This document shows positions 12,891 through 26,460 of a DNA stretch of 64,000 nucleotides, piece by piece. The stretch is taken from the NCBI RefSeq assembly GCF_018350175.1, contig NC_058368.1, positions 114,950,001-115,014,000 of the forward strand, read 5' to 3'. The stretch's first letter is position 1. Each line of letters starts with the position of its first letter. The notes under the pieces were generated by a model. That model searched no databases. It saw only the letters and a list, made by a program, of their open reading frames with translations, and was not told the DNA's origin. A program made the position numbers and the translations under genes. Source of the stretch: Felis catus (lineage: Eukaryota).

Positions 12891-15068
12891 AGACAGTATG
12901 GAAGTTCCTCAAGAAGGTAAAAATAGAACTACTTACCCCACCATCCAACAATCACACTATTGGGTATTTACCCAAAGAAGACAGAAATACTAATTTGAAG
13001 GGGGTACATGCAACCCTATGTACATAGCAGTATTATTTAAAATAGCCAAATTTTGGTAACAGCTCAAGTGTCCATTAATTGATGAATGGATATAGAAGTG
13101 GCATATATATGCAGTGAAATATTATTCAGTCACAAAAAAACATCTTGCCATTTGCAAAACATGGATGGATCTAGAGAGTACAGTGCTAAGCAACATTAAG
13201 TCAGAGAAAGACAAATACCTTATAATTTTACTCATGTGTAATTTAAGGAACTAATGAATAAAGAAAAGAAAAAAAAGCCACAAACCAAAAATCTTAGAGA
13301 ACAATCTTAGAGAACAATCACTTGGTTACCAGAGGGAAGATGGGTGGGGGCATGGTTGAAATAGATGAAGGGATTAATAGTACACTTATCTTGACAAGCA
13401 CTGAGTACTATATGGAACTGTTGAATCAGTGTATTGTACGCCTGAAATAATAGAACACTATATGTTAACTACACTGCAGTTAAAATCAAATGGTTCCTCT
13501 GTATCTTTAAAAATTCTTTTAGTTGAGGTTTAGTGGTCTTGCTACTGGTTTAATGAAATCTACCTAATGTGAACGTTTATTTTTCCTCTAGAGATGTTTG
13601 TATTGTTTACTAATATGTATTAGTTATGGCATGAGGACGTTTTTTATTGAAGGGATTTTCTGTAGAGTGACACTGTTGTAGTTCTTGACAGCTGCAGTGA
13701 GTGAAGAGTTACCTAAATTCTTCAAGTGTTTGTGGCCTCAACCCTTCTGAGTTGGGGATGATGATCGTGCCTATACATAGCATGGTTGAGAAGGGTGTAA
13801 AAGTCTCTGCTGTTAATACTATTGCTACTCTTAACACTGTTATTACTAATAGATTTTAGTATTTTGAGTAGTTTAAAACTTCAGGTTCTTTTATTTTTTA
13901 CTTTTACCTGTTCTGCTTTACTCCTGTATGGTGATTTCTTAGAGTAGTTGTATTTCTCTTTCTGCTGAGCGAAAGAGCTAATTCCTTTCTTCCCTCTCTC
14001 TGCCTTCTCCCCTCTTCTCTTTCAGCAGTGGTCAAACACGTTTGGAGAATTATCCCTTTTTTATGTGCATTCTGGTAATATCTAAAGACTGCATTAATTT
14101 TTCGCCAAATGTGTTCCTGCTGATTGTGTTGCAGAGGTTATTTTATTGCTCTCAGTTTGTCTTAGCTGTCTTGCCTGAAGTTGGTGGCCTTATTCCCAGA
14201 TTCATAATATGTTCTCTGTGCTATTAAAATGTATATTTTGCTTGGGTCTGGCATACTTCTTTATAGTTAATTCTGAGTTATCTGGCATGGGGAAGCGAGG
14301 CTCTGATCATCAGTGTTCATTCTGTGAATTGAGTTTTGTATAGGCTTTTCTGTATAAAATCTCTTCATTATTCTTTCCTACTCAATTTTGGATTTATTTG
14401 GTGATTGCATTTGAAATAGATTTTTATTTGAATACTATAACTATTCATATGGTTTCTTGTTCATTTTCTATAAGTTGTGTTTGTATTTCCGCTGTAGTTT
14501 ATTAAACCAACTTTCTAGCACTAGAGAAAAATGGTGTTATGAATAAGACTTTCTCTGGTTTTATTAGTAAATCCAGTAGCTCATTGTTTAAGAAAATTTA
14601 CATACTGTAGAGCTGGTTAAATAATTAACCAGAAACAATAATTTTGGGCCTTCCCTGTATAGTATAAAAAGACACTGGAACAGGTAGTGTGAGGTCTAGA
14701 AGGTTCCTTTTCCTTTATGTTAAATCTTTCTCTAGAGCTCTAAAATGGCTGAACAGAAAAATCGTATTAGGAAAAATCTTTATATTTAAACTGGGCTGAC
14801 TTAGAAGTGAAGCATGTGGGCTGGTTGGCATCATCACCCTTCACTTAAGATATGAACGGTTGCCTTCAGATGTTATTTGTGAACTTGTTCATTAGATTAA
14901 TGGTTAGTTGCTTTAGAACTGATGCTAAAACTAGGAGCAATGGGAAGATGATGGTTCATTTGCTAGCTCTCCTAGGTTCCTTTTGAAAAAGGTAGATCTT
15001 TTGTTAGAGCTGACATTCTTATGGCTGCATTATGTCTTCATAGCCAATAAAAAGTTGTTTTTCTAATT

Positions 15069-15703
15069 CTTTTTTTTTAATTTTATTTTTTTAAATTTGC
15101 ATCCAAATTAGTTAGCATATAGTGCAACAATGATTATAGGAGTAGGTTCCTTTAATGCCCCTTACCCATTTAGCCCATCCGCCCCCCCACACCCCTTCCA
15201 GTAACCCTCTGTTTGTTCTCCATATTTACGAGTCTTTTATGCTTTGTTTTCTCCCTGTTTTTATTTTACTTTTGTTTCCCTTCCATTATGTTCATCTGTT
15301 TTGTCTCTTAAAGTCCTCATATGACTGAAGTCATAGGATTTTTGTCTTTCTCTGACTGACCAATTTCAGTTAGCATAATACCCTCCAGTTCCATCCACGT
15401 AGTTGCAAATGGCAAGATTTCATTCCTTTTGATTGCCGACTAATACTCCATTGTATATATATACCATATCTTCTTTATCCATTCATCCATTGATGGACAT
15501 TTGGGCTCTTTCCATACTTTGGCTATTGTTGATAGTGCTGCTATAAACATTGGGGTGCATGTGTCCCTTCGAAACAGCACATCTGCATCCCTTAGATAAA
15601 TACCTAGTAGTGCAATTGCTGGGTTGTAGGGTAGTTCTATTTTTAGTTTTTTGAGGAACCTCCATACTGTTTTCCAGAGTGGCTGCACCAGCTTGCATTC
15701 CCA
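15069..15703 (-). mobile_element. Younger L1 3'-end fragment (L1_Fc/L1_Felid-like)
   Basis: Minus-strand [33 protein letters not shown]...WKEPKCPSMDEWIKK (ORF2 C-terminus), followed by 3'UTR and A-rich tail. Confidence 0.93.
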
Positions 15704-15707
15704 TTAT

Positions 15708-16125
15708 TCTTTTTTTTTTTTTAATGTTTAGTTAGTTTTTGCGGGTGAGAGAGTGTGGGGGAGGAGCAGAGAGAGAGAGAGGGAAACAGAGGTCCCTGAT
15801 GCAGGTTCAAGCCTGATGCAAGGCTTGAACTCACGAACCGTGAGGTCATGACCTCACTTAACCGACTAAGCCACACAGGTGCCCCTATTTTTCTAATTCT
15901 TTTTTTTTTATTTATTTTTTTTAATGTTTGTTTATTTCTGTGACAGAGAGGGACAGACCATGAGTGGGGGAGGAACAGAGAGAGAGGGAGACACAGAATC
16001 AGAAGCAGGCTCCAGGCTCCAAGCTGTCAGCACAGAGCCTGACGCGGGGCTTGAACTCACAGACCGTGAGATCATGACCTGAGCCGAAGTCAGGCGCTCA
16101 ACCGACTGAGCCATCCAGGCGCCCC
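15708..16125 (-). mobile_element. Two tandem Can-SINEs adjoining the L1 fragment
   Basis: Bodies 15708-15885 and 15900-16125; repeated target ttttctaattctt. Confidence 0.92.
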
Positions 16126-16446
16126 TTTTCTAATTCTTAAAATAGGTCAGATATGTACATGGTTCAAAACTGAAAGGGTGTAAGAGTGTTGAGTGGGTGT
16201 GTGTGTATAAAGTCCCCTCTCATTCCTCCACCATCTACTTTTTCTTACAGTTTCTTTGCTCTCCTTCCAGGAATCTTTTACGTAATGCAGTAAAATACAC
16301 AAATATGCAAATACATATACACGTGAGCTAAGGATTGTAGATGTGTCAGTATTGAGAGTTATATTATTTGATTATAAAATAGGCTTTCCTATAATAATTT
16401 GCTGATATCTGCTTATTTTGTTTTTCCTTTTAAAAATATTTTCCTA

Positions 16447-16705
16447 GGAGTGCATGGGTGGCTCAGTCGGTTGGGCGTCCGACTTCAGCTCAGGTCATGA
16501 TCTCACAGTCCGTGGATTTGAGCCCCGTGTCGCTCTCTGTGCTGACAGCTCAAAGCCTGGAGCCTGCTTCGGATTCTGTGACTCCTTCTCTCTCTGCCCC
16601 TCTGCCTCTCACGCTCTGTCTCTCTCTGTCTCTCTCAAAAATAAATAAACATTAATTTCATATATTGAAAAAAAAATTAAACATTAGAAAAACATTAAAA
16701 AAAAT
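16447..16705 (+). mobile_element. Can-SINE
   Basis: TSD aaaaatattttccta. Confidence 0.93.
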
Positions 16706-17658
16706 AAAAATATTTTCCTAAGTATTATATATTTTGCTCTTACAGCCACTGAATTTCATTCCACATCCCTCCCTTTTGGCCCAAACCTTCTGTATTCTTT
16801 TTTTAATTCTAAATAAGCTATTTCCTGTTTGTTTGTTTTTTTCCCCCGTGTCTTTCTTAGATCTTTAAACTTAGAGGCCTCTGTTCCTGTTCTTTCTACT
16901 GTGGCATCAGCTCACAGTCCCTTATTGGAGTGAAGTCTATAAACCTTAACTGCCTGGAATGTATTCATTGTGTCTTGTTTCATGTCTGAATTGTTTTTCA
17001 CTCAAGTCAGATTGAGTGGCTTTAGGCTATATGTTCTGTTATTGACTGTTCTGTGTAATATTGAGGATACTTTTATTTAACAAATAATCACTGCTAAAGA
17101 TAGCATATTTTAGCTTATTATCTATATAGTCAATAGGTGTTTGCTGTCTTCTTTGAAATGTTTATTCTAAAATGTCAGTTCTTTTTACACTTTATAATTC
17201 ATTACCTTTTCTCATCATAGATGGTTTAAAGTAGTCTTCATTCACTATAAAAACTTTGAAGGTTTTGTCATTCCACTATAGTCCCTTTCAGTTTTGCATA
17301 TTTGACAGTTCCTTTGGTTTGTAACTACTACCCTGGCTTTTGTCCAGAAAACCTTCAGTTGTTTTTTTCCTAACTTGAGTGATGGTTTTGGAGCCTAAAA
17401 TATGCGTATTAATGCTACAGATTAAAATATGCCTGTTAATGCTACAGAAAATTAAAAACAAAACACACCCTGTCTAATAAATACCTTTTGGCTGACTGAT
17501 AGTAGTTTCTCCTTACTAATATTGGCCCTTAAACTTTAGCCATGCACAGAGTTTTCACATTCATTTTAGGGTTATTGAATGTTTCCTAAAGCCATAGGGT
17601 AAAAATTGGTATGCTGTGCTCTGGGATGAAAGAAGACTGTTCAATAAATAAGCAAACA

Positions 17659-17835
17659 GGGGTGCCTGGGAGTCTTGATCTCTGCTCAGGGTCATGCTCT
17701 CAGGGTTGTGAGTTCAAGCTCTGCTTTGGGCTCTGCCCTGGGTGTAGAGCCTGCTTAAGACACTGTCTCTCCCTCTGCCCTTCTTTCCTGCTTGTGCTTC
17801 CTCTCTCTTTCTCTCTCTCTTTCTAAATAAACAAA
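17659..17835 (+). mobile_element. Older Can-SINE, internally deleted
   Basis: ggggtgcctggg head, CT-rich segment, taaataaa tail. Confidence 0.82.
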
Positions 17836-18395
17836 CACAGAAAGTACTCTTTCTCTTATGCCAGTAGAAAACGTGTAATGTTACCATTGATACATGCTTA
17901 GAAAGTTCAGATTCAGGAAGGTTCACAGAATGTTCTGTCCAGAGCATGTGATGGATAATCAGCAGAGGAGAGCCCATAATCCCTTTTTTGTTTTCTTTAT
18001 TGGGCTTCTATCTCTTTGAGCCTCTTTTCCTGCCCTGCTGTTCACTATTGTGCCTGATCTCTGACCCCAGAGCTTCTGGGGCCCTTGGCCATACATCATC
18101 CAGAGGTTATCCAGTTGATTATGGCAGCTGGTCATCGTGGGAGGTGATGCTATATTTCTTGTGGGTAGAGATGGACCATGATCACATCATTGAGGAGATG
18201 GATGATTTCTTCTTCTAAACAGGGCAGATATTCAGTATATGTATATCTGTTTAACATGGGTGCTCCCCAATCATTAGTGCTCCAGTGCTGGAACAGGATT
18301 CTAGAGAACACTTCTGGGCCATTAACCTTTTGAGTAATGGAATGTGTGTGTGTGTGTATGTGTGTAAAGGTTTCTAATATTTCGGTAGTTTTACA

Positions 18396-18623
18396 TTTTT
18401 TTTTTTTTTTTTTTTTACATTTATTGATTTTTGAGAGACCGAGTGAGACAGAGCACAAGCCAGGGAGGGCAGAGAGAGAAGGAGACACAGAATCTGAAGC
18501 AGGCTCCAGGCTCTGAGCAAGCTGTCGGCACAGAGCCCGACTTGGGGCTCAAACCCACGAACCACAAGATCATGACCTGAGCCGAAGTCAGATGCTCAGC
18601 CGACTGAGCCACCCAGGTGCCCC
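18396..18623 (-). mobile_element. Can-SINE
   Basis: T tail and standard body; TSD tatttc(g/a)gta(g/a)tttta. Confidence 0.92.
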
Positions 18624-19003
18624 ATTATTTCAGTAATTTTAATAGTGCCTCAGTGTATTCCCGTGAATATGCACCTTGCCTGTGAGGTTGTGGGTCAGTA
18701 GCCAAATCCCCTCATCCCAGATCAACATTTCCTGCTTCCATGCTCAGCCTAGCTCAGGTAGGTACTTTCTTTCACCTTTTTCTCAGGTGGTGTTCCAGGA
18801 CAATGATTCTATCCTCTTCTTCACTGTATGTCTTTTTTTTCTATTAGCTTCATTCTTTCATTTTCTGCTGTTTTTCTTTTTTGCATGGTTGTCATTTACT
18901 CTCTAAGATCCAGTGAATCTGATGATTACTATAGTTCACTTATAGTTCCTTCTTAAAGTGTATATTGCCTTTTAAAATATAATCGTAAGAAATCAGACTT
19001 CGC

Positions 19004-19229
19004 TTTTTTTAAAAATTTTTTTTTTCAACGTTTATTTATTTTTGGGACAGAGAGAGACAGAGCATGAACGGGGGAGGGGCAGAGAGAGAGGGAGACACAG
19101 AATCGGAAACAGGCTCCAGGCTCTGAGCCATCAGCCCAGAGCCTGACACGGGGCTCGAACTCACGGACTGCAAGATCGTGACCTGGCTGAAGTCGGATGC
19201 TTAACCGACTGCGCCACCCAGGCGCCCCC
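19004..19229 (-). mobile_element. Young SINEC_Fc
   Basis: Nearly identical to the copy at 6065-6280. Confidence 0.95.
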
Positions 19230-19329
19230 AAACTTTGCTTTTAACAGTGAAACTACATGATACAAAAATGTATAAATGCAGAGGTAATCTTTTTAAATAT
19301 TTTATACACACTCATATTCTCTCTCTCTT

Positions 19330-19341
19330 TTTTTAATTATT

Positions 19342-19377
<36 letters not shown>

Positions 19378-19737
19378 CAGCAGGGAAGGGGCAGAGAGAG
19401 AGGGGGACAGAGGATCCGAAGCGGGCTCCATGTTGACAGCAGAGAGCCCGATGTGGGGCTCAAACCCATGAACCATGAGATCATGATCTGAATCAAAGTC
19501 AGATGCTTAACCTACTGAGCCACCCAGGCGCTCCTCTTTTTAATGTTTTGTTTATTTTTGAGAGAGAGAGCGTGAGTGCGCGCAAGTGGGGTGAGGGGCA
19601 GAAAGGGGGACAGAGGATCCCAAGTGGACTCTGCTGATAGCGGAGAGCCTGATGTGGGGCTCACACTCATGAACCAGGAGGTATGACCTGAGCTGAAATT
19701 GGACACTCAACCAACTGAGACACTCAGGTGTGTCCCC
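19330..19737 (-). mobile_element. Two tandem Can-SINEs
   Basis: Bodies ~19330-19533 and ~19537-19737. Confidence 0.9.
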
Positions 19738-19849
19738 TACTCCCCCCACAGAGCTTTTCCATAAATGGGAACTATATACCTGTGGTGGCTCCTCTTTACT
19801 CCCCTTTTTCCTCTCACGTCCTTCCTTCCACTCAGATTTCTCCCCCATC

Positions 19850-21000
19850 CTACATCTTTCTCTCACACAGAACCAGTGTTAGCAATCTGGTGTGATTATC
19901 TCCATACTTTTCTTTGCTTATGTAATAGATGTCCATTTTCCACACCCCCAACTCCCAGTCTCGATTTTTTTTTTTTTTTTTGCATAGGTATTTACTTGTT
20001 CAAAGTTGAGATCATTGTTTATAAACTGCTTTGTTACTGTTCAGTAATACCTCATGGAAATCCTTTCAGTTCTTCTGGTTTACCTCTAATTTATTCTTTT
20101 AATTGCTGAGTAATATTTCATGGTATGGATAGACCATAAATCATTTGACAACATCCCTCTTCTTGTGAGCATTTGGTTAAATTTTTTAAAGCACCATGAA
20201 CAGTGTTGCAGTGCTTTGTGTTTGCTGCTTTACTTCTATGAAATAAATTGATTTGAATTGTCTTAATTTGCTGGGTTTCATGGTACCTATATATATATAT
20301 TTTTTTTTTGAATGAATGCTGGTGGATTATTTTTTTTCTTTTTCTCGTTTTTTTTTTAATGTTTATTTATTTTTGAGACAGAGAGTGCATGAACAGAGGA
20401 GGGTCAGAGAAAGAGGGAGACACAGAATCTGAAACAGGCTCCAGGCTCTGAGCTTGTCAGCACAGAGCCCGATGCGGGGCTCGAACCCATGGACCGCGAG
20501 ATCATGACCTGAGCCGAAGTCAGACGCCTAACCCACTGAGCCACCCAGGCGCCCCTGGTGGATTATTTTCTAAAACCTAAACTATTTGCAGGTCTACCAC
20601 CAATGTATGAAAATAGTCTTTTCTTCACATCCTTTAATAGTAGGTGTTGTTTTAACATTTCTAATTTCATGAAGTCAAAGCTCACTATTAATTTACATTT
20701 CCCTGACCACTTTTGGATTGAAATAGTCTTTTTATATACTTTTAGGTCATTAGATTTGCTTTTCTCTGAATTGCCTGTTGGTATCCTGTGCTCATTTTTC
20801 AGATGACTTCTGTGTCTTTTTTTATTTGCTAAAGTTATTTGTATATTATGGGTATTAACTTAATTTCTCCCCATCTGCATTGTGTGTATTTTTAAAAATC
20901 TGTCATTTGTCTTTTGCTGTTGCATATGGCTTTCTTCTCTTTTTTTCTTTTCACCATATCAGAGTTTTGTTTTTATTTTCATTTATGGGTGTTTATTTTT
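19850..21000 (-). mobile_element. Old L1M-like 3' fragments, interrupted by a SINE at 20330-20555
   Basis: T-rich L1-antisense motifs (attaatttacatttccctga, ttctctgaattgcctgtt); SINE with TSD tggtggattatttt. Confidence 0.6.
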
Positions 21001-21084
21001 TGTTTTATGTCTAGGTGAGTTTGTAGGGTACAGATGCCTTCCCTACCTTATATTATTTAGACACACACACACACACACACCCCT

Positions 21085-21700
21085 TTGTGTCACTTAGGGT
21101 TCAGTCACAGAAGTAGAGCGACTATGAGAGGAATATATTATAGGGATTTGACATTATGCAATCATTGGAGCAGATTAAATAGTCTGTGTGAGGCTTTGCT
21201 TGTGTATCTGGTGCTGGAGCCAGAAGTGAGCAGGCATGCTGTCAGTAAGAAAAGGTGGTACATGTGAAACAGGGTCACTCTGGAACACGAGCTAGGCCCC
21301 ATGAAGGACAGCCTGGAATTAATATTGGCCTCTTGCTACATCTTTGCTTCCAACTCTTGATGATAGAGCTTTCTTGAATAAGATGGTTCCCTTTATCACA
21401 GATCTAGAAGTCAAAAAAAGCTGAAGGAAAAAATGCTGTAGAAGTTGTGGTTTTGATTGTTGCCCCATGCTAACAAAATGAATCAGCAGAAAAGCTGTAA
21501 TGTATATGACCCACATTAGTGCCTTGTACCTGCACCAATCTTACCAGCATTAAACAAATGGTTGCTGTTTCATTTCTGCCTTCCAAATCTCATGCAAGGA
21601 TGTCTTATGTGGTCCAGGCTAAGGCAGAATTGTGTAAGGAAGGGACTTCTGGGAAATGTAGTTCCAGATTAGCTAAATTGGCACAGTACAAATAATGTCA
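21085..21700. mobile_element. ERVL-class solo LTR (MLT2/LTR33/LTR41-like)
   Basis: Starts tgtcacttagggttcag...tattatagggattt; ends ctgggaaatgtagttcc...taaattggcaca, motifs typical of ERVL LTRs. Confidence 0.6.
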
Positions 21701-22064
21701 TAATCTTTCATATGCCTGGTATGAATTAAGTACTTCAACTTAATACTCCAATTGGATAGTGACTTATGTTTTATGCTATTTATTAAATAAACTGTCTTTT
21801 TTCCCCTAGTGAATTGGAATACTACTTTGTCACATACTCAGTTATACTAACAAATATGCACTTTAGTCTAAATTGAGAAATTGGTCTAAACTTAGTTGTG
21901 TTTCAGCATTAAAAGATTTTATTTTTCGGTCTTTGAAATGCTTATAGGTAAATGATCAAACTTTTCCTCCATTTACCAACTATGTGCTCAATTAGTTTTT
22001 TTAGGTGAGAAATTACAGCAATAGCTACTGCTTGAGATTTAAAGCCTTCATTAATGGTTACTCT

Positions 22065-22203
22065 TCTTTTTTTGTTGGTTTTAAGTAGACTTTATGCCCA
22101 ACTTGGAGCCCAGCACAGTGCTTGAACTCATGACCCTGAGATCAAGGCCTGACCTGAGACCAAGAGTCAGATGCTCAACCAACTGAGCCACGCAGGCACC
22201 CCC
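22065..22203 (-). mobile_element. Older short Can-SINE
   Basis: cttgaactcatgaccctgagatcaag...actgagccacgcaggcacccc. Confidence 0.85.
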
Positions 22204-23869
22204 TAGAAGAGAAATCTTCATTCCATATTTGTGTAACACACCTTTATAGCAAAGGCATATTTCCAGGTATTGCTTAAGAATGGAACAAAAATATCCAAAA
22301 GGAATATGCTGTGGCTATGCGTATATATGAAACACATGCAGAAATAGTACAAAAAAAGGAGAAAGGGCTGTTTCATCCTGGTTCTGGGAAATAATTTTCA
22401 CATTTGAAATAGAGTTTCATATAAACTGACATATCATAAATACAAACCCCTTTGTAAAAGTTTCATGGTTGAGTATAGGCTAGTAATTAATTGTCTGCCT
22501 TTGTGCTTTTAGGCTTTATAAAAATTCTTTTCACACAGGCCATTTTAATTGTTTACGATCAAAATTCATTTGACCTGGATGTATAGTGCAAGACTCCCAG
22601 TCAGGGGGCTAATTTAGTGATGGTTTTCAGAGCCTTTCCTTCTATACCAAAATATGGTAAACCTGCTTTTCATTTCTCACTGACATCACATCTGCAGGAT
22701 TTTTATGCTTGTAAATAGTTTTAAGAATATTTATTTTGTTTTTATTTTTACCCACATATGCAAAATTTGTGTGGTTATCTGCAGTTTATTTATAGAGAGA
22801 CAAGTTTCCGAATGCAAGCATTGAATGTGACTCTGCACATACTCAAGTGAGAGGTTCTTTTTCTAATCAAGTAAAAATGGCTGGTATAAGACTCGAATGT
22901 AGAGGGAGGAGCCAAAGTTAAAAAAGAAAATCTTTGACAAGAAATGAGCTAAATAATGACTTTGTAAAATAAATAGAGGCTGTTTTGTCTTGATGTAGAG
23001 TCTTTTTGCTTCCATTTTCCCTCCAACTGAACACATGTGCTTGTGTCTATACACACACTCGTACATAGACATAAGTGAGAAATGTAATTGCTTGAGAGCT
23101 CCCAAGTAAGGAAAGACAATGAAAGGATGAGTGAGTGGGCTGCTGAGCACCACTGGAGAGAAGCCTAAGCGGAAGAGAAGAGAAAGAAAGAACGTTTTGA
23201 CAAACCCCTCCTACTGCAATAGTGTAAAATATAGACATTTTGGGGTACAGTGAAAATAGAGTAAATGATTTTAATGGAAGAATTGATTTGACCCACTACA
23301 TCCCTCTATTAGGAAAAAAGAACCCTCTGAACCTTTCTGTAGAATTTTTTCCAGTTTTCTTGTTTGTTTTTGTCTAATTTGTTGCATGTCATCTTACTCT
23401 TCCTTATACTGTATAGACACTAATCATTAAAAGAAGTAGTGACTTTTTAATAATGTCTTCCTATATGGAATGGGATTTCTTACCCTGTGGGACATACACT
23501 GAGTGATTTCTCCACAGGACTGGCATTACATTTTCACTGATCGTCAGAGAGTTTTGAGTACCAGTTGTAACCCTTGACATACTTTCATTTTCGTAGAGAA
23601 AAAACATTGGGGTTTAGAATATGAAGACCAAAACTGGTCCCTACAAAGAACATACCTAGGCCTAGTTTTTTCACCTTTATTTTTAATCAAGCAGGCTAAC
23701 AGGGCAGCTCCTATATATATATATAGTTCTCGTATATAAGTATTATTGTGGATACAGGAAATTGCAGATCTACCAGTGGATACCTTTTTAATACCAGCGA
23801 CAGATCTAACATGTACTGGGTAAAACATTTTTTTCTGTCTCCTAAATTTTGTACATTGTTGAGTTTTTA

Positions 23870-23988
<119 letters not shown>

Positions 23989-25829
23989 GCTTAGAATGCT
24001 GTTTTACCAGTGGTTATTAGTTGTGGATACTTCCCTAGAGGTATGTGGAGGACCCACACTTCATACAGTGTTTGGTGGATGAGACAGGGTCTCCACTCTG
24101 TCACTCTTAGCAGAGAGGACAGCATGTCCCTTTTCTTATAAGAAGGAAGAGTTGGGGAAAAAGCAACAAGAGTTGATTTTCAGTAGGTTCTCCCCATTTG
24201 GGTTTTCCCCTACTTCCATTAATTCAAAATTAATCTAGAATTGTTAAGTTTTGGAAAAAGTCTGGATATCTGATAATTTCCATGGTTTGACTAAGTGGCG
24301 AAATTTATTAGCTAGTCTTGATTGTAATGAAAATGGAGAAAAAAAGAAATGTCTATTCTTATTAGAGACATTGAAGAGCTTTCATAGTGGTGATTTGTGA
24401 AAGGGTATTTCTAAAGAAGGAGAAAGTATTTGATTATGGGGAGGGAACTAAAGATTACGATAGAGTTAAATTTGAGTAGGGAATGAAGGGATTCTGAAAT
24501 ACTGAAACTTGTTTATTGTGAAGTGTAACCCTTAAGATGTCATGTTTCATCTTCAATTTCTGTTATTAAGATGGGAGGTAGATAATGGTTTGGGCTTTTA
24601 TTAAGATTGTATTGGCAGCCATGCCACATAGTTTTTAACAAAAACAGCAGTCCCACTGAGGTTTCTAACAGTGAAGCCATTAATGAACTTCTTATATATG
24701 AAAGTAACAAATTAAACCTTATAATAAGATTCTATTGTAGTATGTGAGGGAGTAAAATTAACAGGTTGTCACTACACTGTGCTCCTGCATTTCTTTTTAA
24801 TATTTGCACCACATTGGGGAGTCAGAAATTATTGTTCTAAAAGTTTAAAACTTTATCTTGTGAAAATGTTATCATTATATGATTAAGAGTGGGGAAAGGG
24901 GTAGGTTTTACTAGACTGAATGGGACCCTAGTGAGAGCTTTGCTTCATATTTTTCAAGGTGGAAACCAGTCCTGCCTTTTCTGTGCCTAATTCATAAGAG
25001 GAAGTTGTTATTGACCCTGGCTGGCGGGGGGTTGGGGGGAAGGCTGCAAAATGAAAACATGGAGCAACTATGTATGTTTTTAGAAAATTGTTGTAGATTG
25101 GAGATGTGTAGTGAGATTTAACATGGCAACTTGGACACTCTTTTTTATTGCATCCTGGTGAATGAACGATTTCATACATATTTTTCCCTTATACCCTAAT
25201 CTTCTGCCCATTTCTCTTGAACAGGGCTCTTGTAGAGAGCCATTTGTTCTTTCTTTCTCAGCTGACTGTTGGTTCTTACCCTTTGCCTGTCCTTTAAATA
25301 AATCTCTTTCCCTTATCCTTCTTCCTTATCAGCCATTTCTGATAGTTGAAATTCTGGTTTTTGTCTTTCTCAGCAAAGCAAGAAAAATTGCCAGAATATG
25401 GTTTTTTTCTAAATCATTGCTTTGATCATCATATCCCAGCCATCTCCAGAGACCTGGAATGGCTGCTCTTGCTGACCACGTTAAATCTACACACCCTTTC
25501 TGGTCCCAGAGTCCCTTTGTCACTTGGCTCATTTTAGCTGCACTTACTGGTAGCATCTGTCACATGGGTGGTTCTGGCTGCCCTTATACCCAGTGTATTG
25601 AAATCTTGCTGGTACTTTTTGAAGCAAGGTTAAAGCTCTTTCTCTTTAACATTCTTGAGTGCCTCCCTGTTCTCTGAGTATTAGTAATCTAAGTAGGACT
25701 GTCCAATTCACATTTTTGGGCTGATTTTTATTAGTTTTTAATGAGTATTGTTTTATCTCATATAGTAGGAGTTGAAGTAGTACTTGTTGAATAATTTAAA
25801 AATGTTTAGTCGTCATCAGAGTCATCATC

Positions 25830-26030
25830 ATAACACACTTTAGCACTTACCGTGTGCCAGAAAGTGTTCCAAGTGTTTTACATGTAGTCCCACTTAATCT
25901 TCAGAGCATGAGTTTTGTACTGTTAGGGCTTAAATGGCTCAGGGTGTCACAGGTACTAAAGTGGATGTACTATATTTTGAACCTAGTCTGGCTCCATAGT
26001 CTAAGCTCTTAACCACTGTGTAACACTGTA
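25830..26030 (-). mobile_element. MIR fragment
   Basis: gcacttaccgtgtgccag...tttgaacctagtctggctcca...gctcttaaccactg. Confidence 0.7.
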
Positions 26031-26099
26031 GGTCTCATTGAAAGGAATAGTACATTAGATTGTCAATACTATAAACTACAATTGTAGTTATATTTTTCC

Positions 26100-26460
26100 T
26101 TTCCCCCTAACATTTTATTAAGGAGATTTTCATACATACAGGGAAGCTGGAAGAAATATACAATGAACACCCAGATATATATACGTACCTATTTCCTAGA
26201 TTTTGTGGTTAACATTTTGTTAGATGCTTTATCACATATTTATCATCTTATTGTTTGGATGCATTTAAAAGTCAGTTGCAGACACTTGTATACTTCACCT
26301 CTAAACAGTGCAGCATGTATACATATCATTAACTGGAGTTCAGTTTTTTTATGAAAATGTACACAGTGAAATGTACAGATTTTAAGTGTACTGTTTGATG
26401 AGTTTTGATCAACACACACACTTGGTAATCCATACCACTGTCAAAGATAGATAAGACTAG
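26100..26460 (-). mobile_element. Old L1M 3' fragment(s)
   Basis: acagtgaaatgtacagattttaagtgtactgtttgatgagttttga is an L1 3'UTR antisense motif. Confidence 0.6.

Larger units (their letters stand above)
8430..13490 (+). mobile_element. 5'-truncated, decayed carnivore LINE-1 (inter-ORF region, ORF2, 3'UTR), interrupted by three SINEs
   Basis: ORF2 fragments: endonuclease (IIVGNFNTPL, RIDHILGHKTNLNK), MDNLKEMDKFLETY, RT core ttactgtttgcagatgacatg (LFADDM) ~11080, and C-terminal/3'UTR motifs. Many stops and frameshifts. Confidence 0.95.

Noticed and set aside
8800..13200. Active L1 / functional reverse transcriptase
   Set aside because: 5'-truncated, with many stops and frameshifts and three SINE insertions.
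17397..17450. 27-bp imperfect tandem duplication (also a 13-bp duplication at ~13290 and AT-rich repeats at ~51915-52005)
   Set aside because: Ordinary slippage products with only two or three units; not an array.
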